Source: Folioceros fuciformis (taxonomy: Eukaryota). Taken from it: a DNA stretch of 50,616 nucleotides. This document shows, piece after piece, positions 1-11,305 of this stretch (position 1 is the first letter of the stretch; the number at the start of each line of letters is the position of its first letter). Under the pieces are notes generated by a model. That model saw nothing but the letters and a program-made list of their open reading frames with translations. It ran no database searches and was not told the origin of the DNA. The stretch spans positions 65,102 through 115,717 of the forward strand of contig JBNGIO010005794.1 of NCBI GenBank assembly GCA_049999805.1, read 5' to 3'. Made by a program: the position numbers and the translations under genes.

Positions 1-674
1 GAGGTTGCAGGGCCGTGAGCCAAGGAGGCTACCCAGCCCTAGGCCTCACCTCTGCCTTGAAGGGAAGGTTGCAAGAGGGAAGGCTGTTGTGCTCCAAATT
101 GCAGGAGAGAAGGGTTGAGTTGCAGATTTTGAAAGTGGAAGTGTTGAAGTGAGGAGTTGAGCTGAAGTGAGGGGCTGGAGGGTGAAGTGAAGTGCTGAAG
201 TGAAGGACTGAAGTGCTGAAGTGAAGGACTGAAATGCTGGGGTGAAGTGCTGAAGTGGTGGAATGAAGTGTTGAAGCTGGAGTGAGGAGCTAGCTGAAGT
301 TGAGGTTCTCGTTCAGCTGCGGAGATAGCTAGCACTAGGTGCTGAGAGTTGGAGGCCAGACTTGGGGGTGGAGCCTCCTCTTAGCATTGAAGTGATTGAT
401 ACTTGGACTTGGAAACGAGGGCTGAAGACAATGCTGGAGTTCTCATTTTGTTGAGGCTGGGGTTGGTGTTGTGGTAGGAGCCGAAGACAGGACCAAGAAT
501 TCTGACCTATTGCTGTAGCACTTGGTATATGCTAATAGATAGGGTGAGATTAGGGAGATGTAGGTAACCTTGACATTAGTTCACTCCCTTGGGAGCGAAT
601 CATAAGACTGCAACGATAATAAGGGGAAGTGTGGCCCCTTGGTGGTTCTTGGGTGTGCAAGAAATCACTCCACA
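1..674. mobile_element. Partial LTR-retrotransposon LTR (window-truncated), distantly related to the 2100-4581 and 49210+ LTRs, opposite orientation
   Basis: Ends ...CACTCCACA at 674 (TGT terminus on the - strand). The reverse complement contains ATTCGCTCCCAAGGGAGTGA and GGCCACAC, resembling ATTCGATCCCAAGGGAATGA and GGTCCACAC near the start of the other LTRs. Low-complexity GCTGAAGTG repeats at ~140-300. Confidence 0.55.
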
Positions 675-789
675 ATTTTCCGGTCACTTGATGGTTGCGT
701 ATCGGATGGTGCACCACATCGGGGTTGGTAGGCAATCCCGAAGATGATTAAACGATGCCGCCCACTGGGGGCATCGGTTAATCGCAATG

Positions 790-1164
790 GGCGAGCCGAG
801 ATGATAGCGCGCCCCTAGGCGCGCCATCATGCTGGGTGCCTTGGGCGCACCATCATGCCAGGTGCCTTAGGCGCACCATCATGCCGGGTGCCTTGGGTAC
901 ATCATCATGCTAGGTGCCTTGGGCGTGCTATCATGCCTGGCGCGCCCCTGGGTGCGCCACCATCCCGAGCACTCCCCTAGACACGCCATCATCTCGGGCG
1001 CGCCCCTAGTTGTGCCGGCATCCTTGAACTAGAGTTGGGTGTGCCCAGGTCGTTCCATAATCCCTAGCGTGATCTAGGGTGTGCCATAATACATGGCGAG
1101 CCCGGGGGCGCGCCACTAACCATGTAGTGTACATTCGCCATGTAAACTAATTGTCTTCCTAGTG
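790..1164. mobile_element. Terminal region of a CACTA(EnSpm)-like DNA transposon with subterminal repeat array
   Basis: Ends ...TGTCTTCCTAGTG at 1164 (revcomp CACTAGGAAGACA). It is preceded by ~26-27 bp tandem, degenerate repeats of CCTTGGGCGCACCATCATGCCGGGTG (~805-1110). Confidence 0.6.
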
Positions 1165-1199
1165 ACTACTTAGCTGTCTTCCAACTTTTGTACTGGTAG

Positions 1200-4100
1200 A
1201 GTCGTATGAAGACAATCTTCGTGCACATCGAGAGCATATTGGAAAGCTAGGGAAACATCAACTAAAATGTTGATAAGAATTTCTTGTCGACAAGACCGCC
1301 CAAGTCAGTATATTGGAATGGCAATAGATGGAATGGATTAGAGCAAACGGAGCTTCCACACTTTACTGGACCGCCAAAAGACTTTGCAGATGGGCTCATC
1401 CGCATCCATCTTGTAGGATGCCTTGTCTATAACATTGGAGTTCGAACAAAGGTTTTCCTCAACTTCCCAAACATTCGAAACAATGCAAACTTGACAATTC
1501 ATATTATATAGAACGTCATCTCTAAGCCTCCTGGTATATTGCTCAAGACTTTTTATTTGCAGTTAGACAACACTGCACAAGAAAACAAGAATATGCTTTT
1601 GTTTGAATATCTAAGTATGCTTGTGGAAAAAGGTATTTTCGAGAAGGTGAAGATTGGGTTTCTTTTGGTAGGGCACACGCACGATGTTGTTGATCAAATA
1701 TTCTCATGTTTTTCAAAGACTTTGAACCACAAGAAGGCCCTATCATTGGACACCATGCTGAAGCTGATCATGCATGCATACACACCCTGTCCATAGGTTC
1801 AGATGGTGATGGAGGTGGCTGACTTTCGAGCCTATGTATGCCCAAAAGGAACAGGGAAGCGAGGGCAGAACGATGCTGCAATTTGCAACTTACATAATCA
1901 TAGTTACCAGCACCAGTTCAAAATAACTCGGGAGAAGCAACGTGGAGGCCTGATTATTGTCCTTCATAGAAAGCATCTGTCCACATCACCACAATGGGAG
2001 CCATAGGAGGATCTTGAATTTTTGCACAAAATTCCCGAAACTCCCATTGTTGGCGCACCACTACTTGGCCTACAGATCCACGGAAAGGAACATGATCCTT
2101 GTGGGGGTTAAAATATGGTACCCGAGGTCCACACAAGCCCTCTATGTCATTGTAGCTCTGGGATTCGATCCCAAGGGAATGATTTGTGTTAAAACTACAC
2201 AGGTTAGCTTCTAAAGTCAGCCAACACCTAAACTCAACTGACCCACACACACGCGTCCAGTGCTCGGACCTTACCAAACCTCCTTACTTCTTCCTCCAAG
2301 CGGCTCCCCTACCACTCGGTCGCTCCAGGGACTACCTCCCCCTGGACTACTCTTGGTTGCCCACTGGGCTACCCTCCGTTCCCCAATGGACTACTACTGT
2401 TGTCTTTCGACCACCGGTAGCCGCTTCGGCTACCTCCGTGGTCTGTCAACTACCGGTAGCCGCTTCGGCTACCTCCATGGTGGATCCCACCCCAAACCCT
2501 AACTAATTATTTCCGGCGCACGCACCGCCACGGGTTTCCAGCCACGGGTTTCTGTCCTAAACCTTCCAGACTCACAGAGCTGGGTTATTCCATGCTCCTC
2601 ACACATGCAAGGGCCGATCCTTGGGGAACAAGGCCTTGCGGATCAGCCACACCTCCCCACTCACTCATGCAACACTCCACACACATACAAAACACACATA
2701 GGAGCTCTGGATCACAATTATTCTTGCAGGCCTGCCCCCAAGGGCTTCAATCTTCAGCAATGCCCACCAATCTCCAACAAATCCTTCACAACTCCCCACA
2801 ATCCCTCACAATCTCTCATGGGTCTCCATAGGCTTCCATAGCCGCTCACAAACACCTCGAAATCTCGTAGCAACTCTCCAGATTTCGCATCCAATCTTCA
2901 GCATTCCTCCTCCATTCTCCTGCAATCTTCTCAGCCGTTTTGTCCAGCTCTTCAACAATGCCTCCAGCAATCTTACAGCAACATTAGTAGCCTTCCACAG
3001 TCCTCCACAAACATCCAAGGATTCCTAAGAAAATCCCCAGCAATCTTGTCCAAACCTCAGCAAACAATCACCCAGCAATTTCTCAACGATTTCTCAACAA
3101 ATCTCCTCCAGCAATCTTCCACGGTTCTCTTCAGTCTTCCAGCTCTCTCTCCTCACCAGATTTAGCACGCAGCTGATGGTTCAGGGAATAAGGGAAGGAG
3201 GAAATCTCCCTCCACTCCAGCAGCGGTGGATTCGTCCCCCTCTTCTCAGCTACAGACAAAAATCAGTCCTCACTCTCTTCTTCTCAACTCACTCTAGCTC
3301 CTCAGCCTCCTTCTCGTCCTCTTCTTACTCACTCTTCTCATGCATTCTCCAACACTTCTTCTTCTCCACACACTCTCTTCAACTCCAGATTAAAAATGCA
3401 GTTAACCAACTCAGGGAATAAGGGAAGGAGAAGCTCTCCCTCCACTCCAGCAACGGTGGATTCGTCCCCCTCACTTTCAGCTATGGAGCAAAAAATCCTC
3501 AACTACCCCTAGGAGCGTCTCGCACTCACTGCCTCACCCAGACCTCTCTAGTCTCGCCATGGACAGCGCAGGGGATCTCAACCGGGAGGAGTCTCAAACT
3601 TTTGCTAATCAGCGAGGCACCAATAGGCCCCTTTTGTACAGAGTTTCCAAGAGCGGGAGCCACAGCCCGTCATAAAGTCTAGCTCTAAAATAGTCAACTT
3701 TTAAAAAAGTGCTCTTAATGGCAAGCGGCACCAGGTCAGAATAGCATCTTACCAAATCTTATCTAAATACTATTTTCAGATGCAACCACTCTTGGCTTAC
3801 CTCAACGCCACTCTCTCTCCTCTTATTTATTCTTCTGGCCTACCTTCCCCTGCCACACAAAATCTTCAGGCTCTCCCTCCTTTGCTGCTGATTGGGCAAA
3901 TCCTTCCTCACTCCTACTGCTGGCTGACCCATCCTGGTTGTCCACTCTCTGCCCTCCAAGGATGCTGGTTGCCTCCTGTCACTCTTGCTGCAATTATTGC
4001 TATTCCAGGCCTCCTGGTGCAGGTAGGGTTTCAGCAACCGTCGTCTCCCTTCGGCAATTGGCGTTGTCCCTTCGACTACAGGTAGCCCCTTCGAGTACCG

Positions 4101-5300
4101 GCGTTGTCCTTCGAGTACCGGCGTTGTCCTTCGACTACCGGTAGCCCCTTCGGCTACCGGCGTTGTCCCTTCGACTACCGGCGTTGTCCCTTCGACTACC
4201 GGCGTTGTCCTTCGGTGATCGTCGTCGAACTTCAGCTACCTGCTGTCGCCGAGTCACAGCATCCCTATTTTCCAGCCTAAGTCCACCACTACCTTCTCCT
4301 AGGCCCCTTTCTTATTTCTTATTTTTAAGAGGGGGGGGTGCATATATAGACCTCCTGGTACCCCCCCCTCTCCGCCAAAGGCCAAGGACAACCAACCACC
4401 CCCAGACACTTGGTCTGGCCACCGATTCGCCCAAAGTACCAAAGCCCAAGGAGACTTTGGGTATAAATACCTCGGTTTTATTCTCAACCCAAGCCGCTTT
4501 CTCCTTCACTTCACACAAAAAACCAAAATCCACCAAATCTGTCACTCAAAAAGGGGTTTGCGAATAGTTTTCCCCTCTACAATCCTAATCCTATGTGTAG
4601 TTTGGCACAGATCAGGAAGATGCTTGAAGAAATACTTAAGATGGAAAAATACTTAAGCGCTTTAGACAAGGAGTGGTGGGGAGCGTTTTGGTTGTCTCAA
4701 GAATGCATAGCCAACCGAATTGTAAGTGGAGAAGACTAGCAAATGAGTGTGCCTTGGGTATGGTATAACAGGGAGGCAGCGACATCCTTTATAATTGTGG
4801 AAGGGGAGGCGTATCCAGCTTCGGAAGGAATGGATATAGTAAACAGGCCTGCGGAGGCAAGACATATGTACGTCAGACCCTATCGGCCTACGGGAACTGC
4901 GGCAATGGAGGAAGCGAGGCTCGAAGGCAGTGTTGTTGAAATTAGGAAGGGTGATATGATCGTTGTTCCTTGTGAAGGGGATTCGCAGAATCGGCCATTT
5001 TGGGTTGCCCTAGTACAAGAGGTTGATACCACATCTATTGACTCCTACCTTCTAATACAATGGTGGATAACAGATTATGCTAATGCGTTCAAGGGTAGTA
5101 TTTACGAGAGGAGATAAACCCCTCCCAGCTAGCTGGAAGGTGGAAAACGTCCCCGAATTTGACATTCCCCAAAGTTGGATAAGTTGATTCTTTCGGAAAC
5201 ATATATATTAGCATATGCTTTTTCTCTAACTCAACATAGCACGCTCCAACTAAGGACGCAACAGCTCATGAAAACAAAGTTGTACGAGCTACAACAACAA
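1200..5300 (+). pseudogene. DUF7869-like putative DDD/E transposase pseudogene, interrupted by the solo LTR at 2100-4581
   Basis: Fragments IDGMD*SK..(fs)LPHF, YLQLDNTAQENKN and FLLVGHTHDVVDQIFS. One reading frame (positions 0 mod 3) runs from 1539 through in-frame TAG stops to 2099 and resumes in the same frame at 4587 (HDP|NPMCSLAQIR...) into the 4743-5117 ORF. Confidence 0.7.
2100..4581. mobile_element. Solo LTR (2482 bp) with 5-bp target-site duplication ATCCT
   Basis: Begins TGTGGGGG (2100) and ends CCCCTCTACA (4581). Flanked by ATCCT at 2095-2099 and 4582-4586. No gag/pol coding seen. The first ~300 bp are highly similar to 49210+. Contains an internal direct repeat (~3181-3260 vs ~3411-3485) and ~21-bp tandem repeats CCTTCGACTACCGGCGTTGTC (~4050-4215). 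Confidence 0.9.
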
Positions 5301-5641
5301 CGCTGAACGAAGAGAGTCCTGAAGACCAGGCTTTGGACGATGGTGGAGCAATGTGTGCATTAGGTAGGTGTGAACCACCGCTTGGAGAAGAAGATGTTGT
5401 GGACGACTATGAAAACACTGATCGTGTTGGCATGGCAGATGTCGATAGTCGTCGTAGATCAACATCTGGACCAATTGCGCAGAGAATGCGAGCACGATCG
5501 CACGAAACGCACATGGTGGAGGGTTCTTTCGCCACAATGTTTGATGAAAGCCCAAAGCAAATGTCGAAGAAGAAAAAAAAGAAGAAAGTACCAACATAAG
5601 CATGTAGCTCTGTTAAGGTGATTTACATGAAATTTTCCTTT

Positions 5642-5710
5642 ATTGTAGGGGAATGGCACACCCTTGGGCGCGCCATGCCCCTACAATGGCAAAATCGGTT
5701 GTTTGTAGAG
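5642..5710. repeat. 46-bp imperfect hairpin followed by a degenerate CACTA-like terminus (candidate right end of the DUF7869 element)
   Basis: ATTGTAGGGG-AATGGCACACCC-TT-GGGCGCGCCATG-CCCCTACAAT (5642-5687), then GGTTGTTTGTAGAG (revcomp CTCTACAAAC, one mismatch to CACTACAA). The core resembles the repeats at 805-1110. Confidence 0.5.
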
Positions 5711-5949
5711 AGCCTGAGACATGCTCAAATGAAACATTCTTTATCGATGCAAATACGAATTGCCATGCAAAATGCACGTGTGCATCTTGTTATCATTAAA
5801 TTGTTGTACACACACATGTGGAACCTTTGATTTCCGGGTTTGTCGATAGTAATTGAATGCAATTCATCCATCCCAAAATGTGCAAACATGCATAAACTGG
5901 GTGAAAAGGTCCATTTGTCTGGAAAGACGCGAATTATTTCAGATGGCGT

Positions 5950-7339
5950 TTTTGGATTGAAGCTATAGAAGATAGCGCTTATAGGTTTATGAAATTGTTC
6001 CCACGTCCTGTCAATGATTACCAAAATCTCAGTTGTCTTCTCATGCCCTAGAACCTAAGATAAGTCGAACACCTCTTTGCGTGCTGCCATGGTTGGATAG
6101 ATTTGCCCCATGACCTAACCTACCCCATCAACAAGCCTCAATAACTGTACATGGGCAACAAATCTAGTAGTTGCAGGCTTCAAGAGCTCTATAGTTTAAT
6201 GCGTTTGAAACATAGCCAAGGGTGCATGATGGGTAGTGATGAACTGAACCACTTGTTGAGCTCGTTGAATGATGGGGTGTATCCAATTGATGCTACTCAT
6301 TGCTTCCAGGAGTAAGTCGAGGATGTGAGTTGAGCAAGGTGTCCAAGCAATGCCAAGATATTATGCTTCAATTATCTATCCAGCGCGTTTACAATTTTGC
6401 TGTTGAGTTTGTAGCCACATTCTTACGGCCCACCTCATCAATTGCTTGCCGAAACAGGTTTGCAAGGTACAAAGCCGTTTTTTCATGCCTGCATGTTCCT
6501 CCGCTTTAAGAAACCCATTCCCTTGTTGCGAAGCCACTAACACATTCACCAATGGCTTGTTTTCTTTGTCACTCCAACTATCGCTCAAGATTGAGCAACC
6601 AATGTCCAAGAGGCATTTTCCGTCTTCTCTTCGACAATGGCCTTTTCCTCATCTAATAGCGTAGTTTGAAAAGCATTGAAGTTTGGGGGCTTATATGAGT
6701 TATCTATGTTGGTGATTGCACTAACCATGACACTGAAGAAGGGAGACAATGCAAGGTTGAATGATAATCCATGTTCATAAAAGCACCTCGCTACAGCCAC
6801 ATCTACTAGCTTTCTTTGTGGTAGCTTCCATGCCTTCTCCACTGTGGTTTGTTGAGAACTCGAAGTGCCATATTTATGTGTTGATGCAACGCATGAAGAT
6901 ATCACCTTAAAAGCTTTTCTTTCATGATACTTGGCACTGTGGAGGTAGACTCCCACTCTAAGATGACGTCTAGCCCTTGTGCTAGTTGCTTGGAAAGACC
7001 AAGCACAAAATTTGCATATGACTTTCTTTGCTCCAGTTGCGCGAACTTCCAAGATTTGGAAGTGCTCCCACACATCTTGAGCCCGTAATCGACCCATGGT
7101 CCCTAGACAGTAAGAAGGTTTAGAGCATTGCAAGAGGAGGTGGTCAAAGACCCTTGGGAATGGGTTGTGAAAGCTTGGGTGGGAATGAGTGTACGCTAGA
7201 ACATGTTATATGGGAAAACAAAAGTTAAGGAGGACAAAAGTTAAGGGGAGGAACAGAATGAAAGTAGAGTTGGTACACAGGTACATATTATATATATATA
7301 GATACAAGCATATTTATTTATTTAAAATACAGAATCTAG
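5950..7339 (-). mobile_element. hAT-superfamily transposase remnant (BED zinc finger + DUF659-like RNase H fold), copy 1
   Basis: MGRLRAQDVWEHF...CKFC...RARRHL (BED-like), ARCFYEHGLSFN, GCSILSDSWSD..NKPLVNVLV, DRTWEQFHKPI. Multiple frameshifts and stops. Confidence 0.85.
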
Positions 7340-7341
7340 TG

Positions 7342-7612
7342 GTCCATAGGGTTGATATTTCACAGGGCAGAGTTTGTCCATAGGGTTGACATGTTTGTCC
7401 ATAGGGTTGACATTTTTGTCCATAGGGTTGATATTTCATAGGGCAGAGTTTGGGCAGAGTTTGTCCATAGGGTTGACATTTTTGTCAACCCTTGACATTT
7501 TTGTCCATAGGGTTGACATTTCATAGGGCAGAGTTTGGGCAGAGTTTGTCCATAGGGTTTAGGGCAGAGTTTGTTCATAGGGCAGAGTTTGTTCATAGGG
7601 CAGAGTTTGTCC
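7342..7612. repeat. Compound minisatellite
   Basis: Interleaved repeats of GTCCATAGGGTTGACATTT and CATAGGGCAGAGTTTG. Confidence 0.9.
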
Positions 7613-8152
7613 GTATCATATGACATCACGCGAGGTGAAACCCTAAAATGCAGAGGAATCGGTATTCCTATGTATGGGAGAAAGCCCTTGCGCGTGAAGC
7701 CAAGTGCGTACATATAATATACACATAGTACACGTCGTACATAAGGTCCAAGTGAACAACTCGTTGTGTTCACATACGATGAGTCCACCAGCTGCAGGCA
7801 GCATACTTATCTTACTTCAGCGGCCTGCTCAACTATGTACGAACTTACTTGCTCAAGTAGTACTAGAGTAGGTGCGTAGCTATAGGCTGTTTCTATCATC
7901 TCTCGGCCTGCCAGTCCGACGCAAACAGCCGTTGCGCTTCAGCCGCGGCTCCTGTCGCTAAGAGGCCATCCATGTCCACATCACTTTGCTTGCCCTCATC
8001 GCGAGAACCCGTGCTCGGGCTCGGGCGCGGCCGGCGTGGGTGCCCGAATCTGGTGAAATCTGTAGCTAGGCCCCGCGGCTTCGACTGCAATACGGGACTG
8101 CACACTGGACCAGAAATGTTCATACACCACAAACCCTAGCAAGAAAAGAAGC

Positions 8153-10876
8153 TCAGGGCTTGACATTGCTCTTCTCTACAACAGAGAAGCTGTGCACCAG
8201 GCCGTCCACATCCGTCCACCAGCTTTGGCCTGGCTGCTTCCATGCTTCAATTCTTCTTCTTCGCGCCTGCAACTCCTGTGCCTGCTCCCACATTTGGCTG
8301 CTGGTGTAAATGTTGGACATCAACACGTACGCCGCGGCATCTTTCCTGTCCAGCTTCACCGCCTCGTCGAAGGCTTGGCGCCCAATCGCCACGTTTCTCC
8401 ACTTCTGACAAGAGCCCAGTAGGGTGTGCCAAACTGCAACATCAGGTTGTCGAGGCATGGTCCTCGCTAAGGCCAGTGCCTCTTCCACTTGCCCTGCTCG
8501 GCCCAGAAGGTCCACCATGCACGTGTAGTGGTCTGTGCTTGGAGTAATGCCATACTGCTTGCTCATACCCTCGAAGTATTCTCGCCCCTTGTCCACCAGA
8601 CCAGTGTGACTACAAACTGTTAGTACGCTGAGGAACGTGACGCCGTCTGGCTGCATGCCATGCTCTCTCATTCTGTGAACCAGCTCGAACACCTCCTTAC
8701 TGTCGCCTTGACGGGTGTACCCGGCAATCAATGCGCTCCACGTGAACACATCTCGTTTTGGCAACACATCGAAGACTTGCTGTGCATCGACCATGCTTCC
8801 CGACTTGGCATACATGTTGATCAAACTGTTGCCAACGCCGGCCTCAGCGTCAAGTCCCGCATCTTCCATCTGCGCATGAATCTGTCGTCCCACCTGCAAA
8901 GCTGCCACGCTTGCACATGCCTGAAGGAGGCACACACATGTTACGGAATCGAGCTCCACAATGCCCTGGCACTGCATGGACCTGTACAGATGGAGGGCTT
9001 CCTGGCCCATGCCTTGTTGGGAATATCCTGCTATCATGGCACTCCACGTCACCACGTTCTTCTCTACAAGTCTGTCAAACACGCCCCTGGCATGCACTAG
9101 GCTGCCACACTTTGCATACATGTTCACCAGACTGCTGCCCACAACTACGTCAGCTTGCAGTCCTTGTTCTCTGATTTGTGCATGAAGCTGCATTCCCTTC
9201 TCCAAAGCTGGGCTGCCCAGACTTGCACATGCCTGCAGGAGGCACACAAATGTCACAGAGCCAGGAGCCACGATGCCTTCTTCTTGCATGGCCCTGTAAA
9301 GGAGAAGGGCCTCCCAGCCCATACCCTGCTGGGAATATCCCGCAATCATAGCATTCCAAGTCACCACACTCTTCTGTCCCACTCCATCAAACACGCGCTG
9401 AGCATCCTCCAAGCTGCCGCACTTTGCATACATGTTTACCAAGCTGTTGGCCACGAACCCATCACACTCAAGCCCTCGGTCTCTAATCTGCGCATGAAGC
9501 TGCTTCCCCGTCTCCAAAGCTTTCTTGCCGACACCTGCACATGCCTGCAAGACGGACACAAAAGTCACAGCATCAGGTGCGGCCATGCTGTCCTCCTGCA
9601 GAGCCCTGAAAAGAACAAGGGCTTCCTGCCCTATGCCCTGCTGGGCATATCCTGCTAGTATAGCATTCCATGTTATCACGTTCTTGTGAGCCAGGCCATC
9701 AAACACACTCCGGGCATTCCACACATCTCCACACTTTGCATACATGTTTACCAAACTGCTGCCTACAAACACATCCTCCGAGAGCCCTTGTGCCCTAATT
9801 TGAGCATGAAGCCGCTTTCCATCGTCCAAAGCAGGGGGGCCCAGACTTCCACATGCCTGCAGGAGGCACACAAACGTGACAGCATCAGCTGCAACGATAC
9901 CTTCCTCTTGCATGTCCCTGTACAAGCCAAGGGCTCTCTGCCCCATCCCCTGCTGGGAATATCCGGCTATCATGCAACTCCAAGTTACCACGCTTTTCCG
10001 CCCCAGACGGTCGAACACTCTTTGAGCAGCGTCCAAGCTGCCACACTTGGCATACATGTCCACCAAGCAGCTTCCAACGAACAGATCACGCTCAACGCCA
10101 GCACCCAACACATCAGCATGCACCTCCTGCCCCGACTTCAAGTCTGCTGCCCTCGCACAAGCCTGAAGAGCTGCTACAAACACATGCCCATCCGGCTTCA
10201 CACTTGTCCTGCGCATCCTGCGATACAGCTCCACAGCCTGCCTGTCTTGTCCATGCTTGACATGAGCAGAGATCATAGCAGACCATGTAAAGGCATCCGG
10301 TTTCACAACCCTTGCGAACACATCCATAGCTTCTTCTAACCTGCCATGAGAAGCATACATTCGCAGAATGTGATTACATAAGAACGTGCCCGACTCATAC
10401 CCTTTCTTTACGCTCAGACCATGAACACGGCGGCCTAGACGCAGATCCTTCTTAGCCACACACTCTTTGAGCACCCTGTAAAACACGGATTCCGAGATTG
10501 GAGAGTCTCTGTGCACCAGAACTTCCAGGGCGTCCACGGCCTCAACGAGCTGCCCCTGCCGGCACAGTTGGCTAACGGTCTCAGCCGACAGCCATCTTTC
10601 GTATCCTGCATCTCTGCCATGGCCAACATCATGCCCCACGCTCCAATTGGACGGAGACGCAGCATGCCCATCAAGGGCAGCCAGTTGTGCATCCATCCAT
10701 CCAACCGGCTGGCAGAGACTGTTCAGGGCTCTCTTGCCTATGGCTCCAACAGAACATGGAGTGCAGAAGCAAATGATGCCAGACGAGCCCGTCTCCAGCC
10801 ATCCACCTTGCTGCACGGACTGGCTTGCGTGGGAAGGTGGCGTTGCTCGAGGCTTCGTTGCTTGCCAAACCTGCAT
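8153..10876 (-). CDS. PLS-class PPR RNA-editing specificity factor with E1/E2 and a truncated DYW:WW-type C-terminus (E+-like, no HxE/CxxC)
   Basis: Intronless 907-aa ORF from ATG 10876. About 21 P-L-S motifs, P2-L2-S2, E1 (VAVWHTLLGSC) and E2 (AAAYVLMSNIY), then KQPGQSWWTDVDGLVHSFSVV and a stop. Confidence 0.92.
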   Translation of the reverse strand: MQVWQATKPRATPPSHASQSVQQGGWLETGSSGIICFCTPCSVGAIGKRALNSLCQPVGWMDAQLAALDGHAASPSNWSVGHDVGHGRDAGYERWLSAETVSQLCRQGQLVEAVDALEVLVHRDSPISESVFYRVLKECVAKKDLRLGRRVHGLSVKKGYESGTFLCNHILRMYASHGRLEEAMDVFARVVKPDAFTWSAMISAHVKHGQDRQAVELYRRMRRTSVKPDGHVFVAALQACARAADLKSGQEVHADVLGAGVERDLFVGSCLVDMYAKCGSLDAAQRVFDRLGRKSVVTWSCMIAGYSQQGMGQRALGLYRDMQEEGIVAADAVTFVCLLQACGSLGPPALDDGKRLHAQIRAQGLSEDVFVGSSLVNMYAKCGDVWNARSVFDGLAHKNVITWNAILAGYAQQGIGQEALVLFRALQEDSMAAPDAVTFVSVLQACAGVGKKALETGKQLHAQIRDRGLECDGFVANSLVNMYAKCGSLEDAQRVFDGVGQKSVVTWNAMIAGYSQQGMGWEALLLYRAMQEEGIVAPGSVTFVCLLQACASLGSPALEKGMQLHAQIREQGLQADVVVGSSLVNMYAKCGSLVHARGVFDRLVEKNVVTWSAMIAGYSQQGMGQEALHLYRSMQCQGIVELDSVTCVCLLQACASVAALQVGRQIHAQMEDAGLDAEAGVGNSLINMYAKSGSMVDAQQVFDVLPKRDVFTWSALIAGYTRQGDSKEVFELVHRMREHGMQPDGVTFLSVLTVCSHTGLVDKGREYFEGMSKQYGITPSTDHYTCMVDLLGRAGQVEEALALARTMPRQPDVAVWHTLLGSCQKWRNVAIGRQAFDEAVKLDRKDAAAYVLMSNIYTSSQMWEQAQELQARRRRIEAWKQPGQSWWTDVDGLVHSFSVVEKSNVKP

Positions 10877-11305
10877 TCTTTCACCGCATTTGAAAGGGAG
10901 CTTTCTCTCTGGAATGCCTGTTTTCTCTCAGCATTGCTGTGCCCAGAAAATTACTCAACTCAGCGTAGACTCCTCGGACGCCTGTTTGCTCCTGATAATT
11001 GGGTGAGCTATGAAAACTGTCCCAGCAACTAAAAATGTGCCCCACTCACTAGTGTATTGTGAGCTGAAGGCAGCTCGAACACGATGCGAGGAATACAGAA
11101 TTTTCCAGCCAATTTGCCTTCAAAAAACGGGGAATCGTTGTCCATGGATTCCACAAACAGCTGAAGCATGTAAGAAGAGTTCAGTCCCTTGGGACATCGG
11201 CACTAGATGCTGAGGGCGATCTTACGCTTTGTAGAAAGTGTTTGTGACAGTAAGGCAGGGGCCTGAGACTCGTTTTCAATGAGGGACATCCAATCCCTGC
11301 TTTGA

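Noticed and set aside
39-335. 98-aa repetitive ORF, and other ORFs inside the LTRs (2186-4567, 49379-50281)
   Set aside because: Low-complexity translations of LTR repeats with no gag, pol or recombinase motifs.
805-1110. Regularly spaced ~27-bp repeats resembling a CRISPR array (also 7342-7612 and 24950-25200)
   Set aside because: No unique spacers, degenerate tandem units, eukaryotic context and no cas genes. These are better explained as TE subterminal repeats or minisatellites.
5642-5710. Helitron 3' end (hairpin plus terminal motif)
   Set aside because: No CTRR terminus at the expected spacing and no Rep/helicase sequence. A CACTA-like end fits better.
7550-7570. TTTAGGG telomere-like motif
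   Set aside because: Single occurrence within a minisatellite, not an array.
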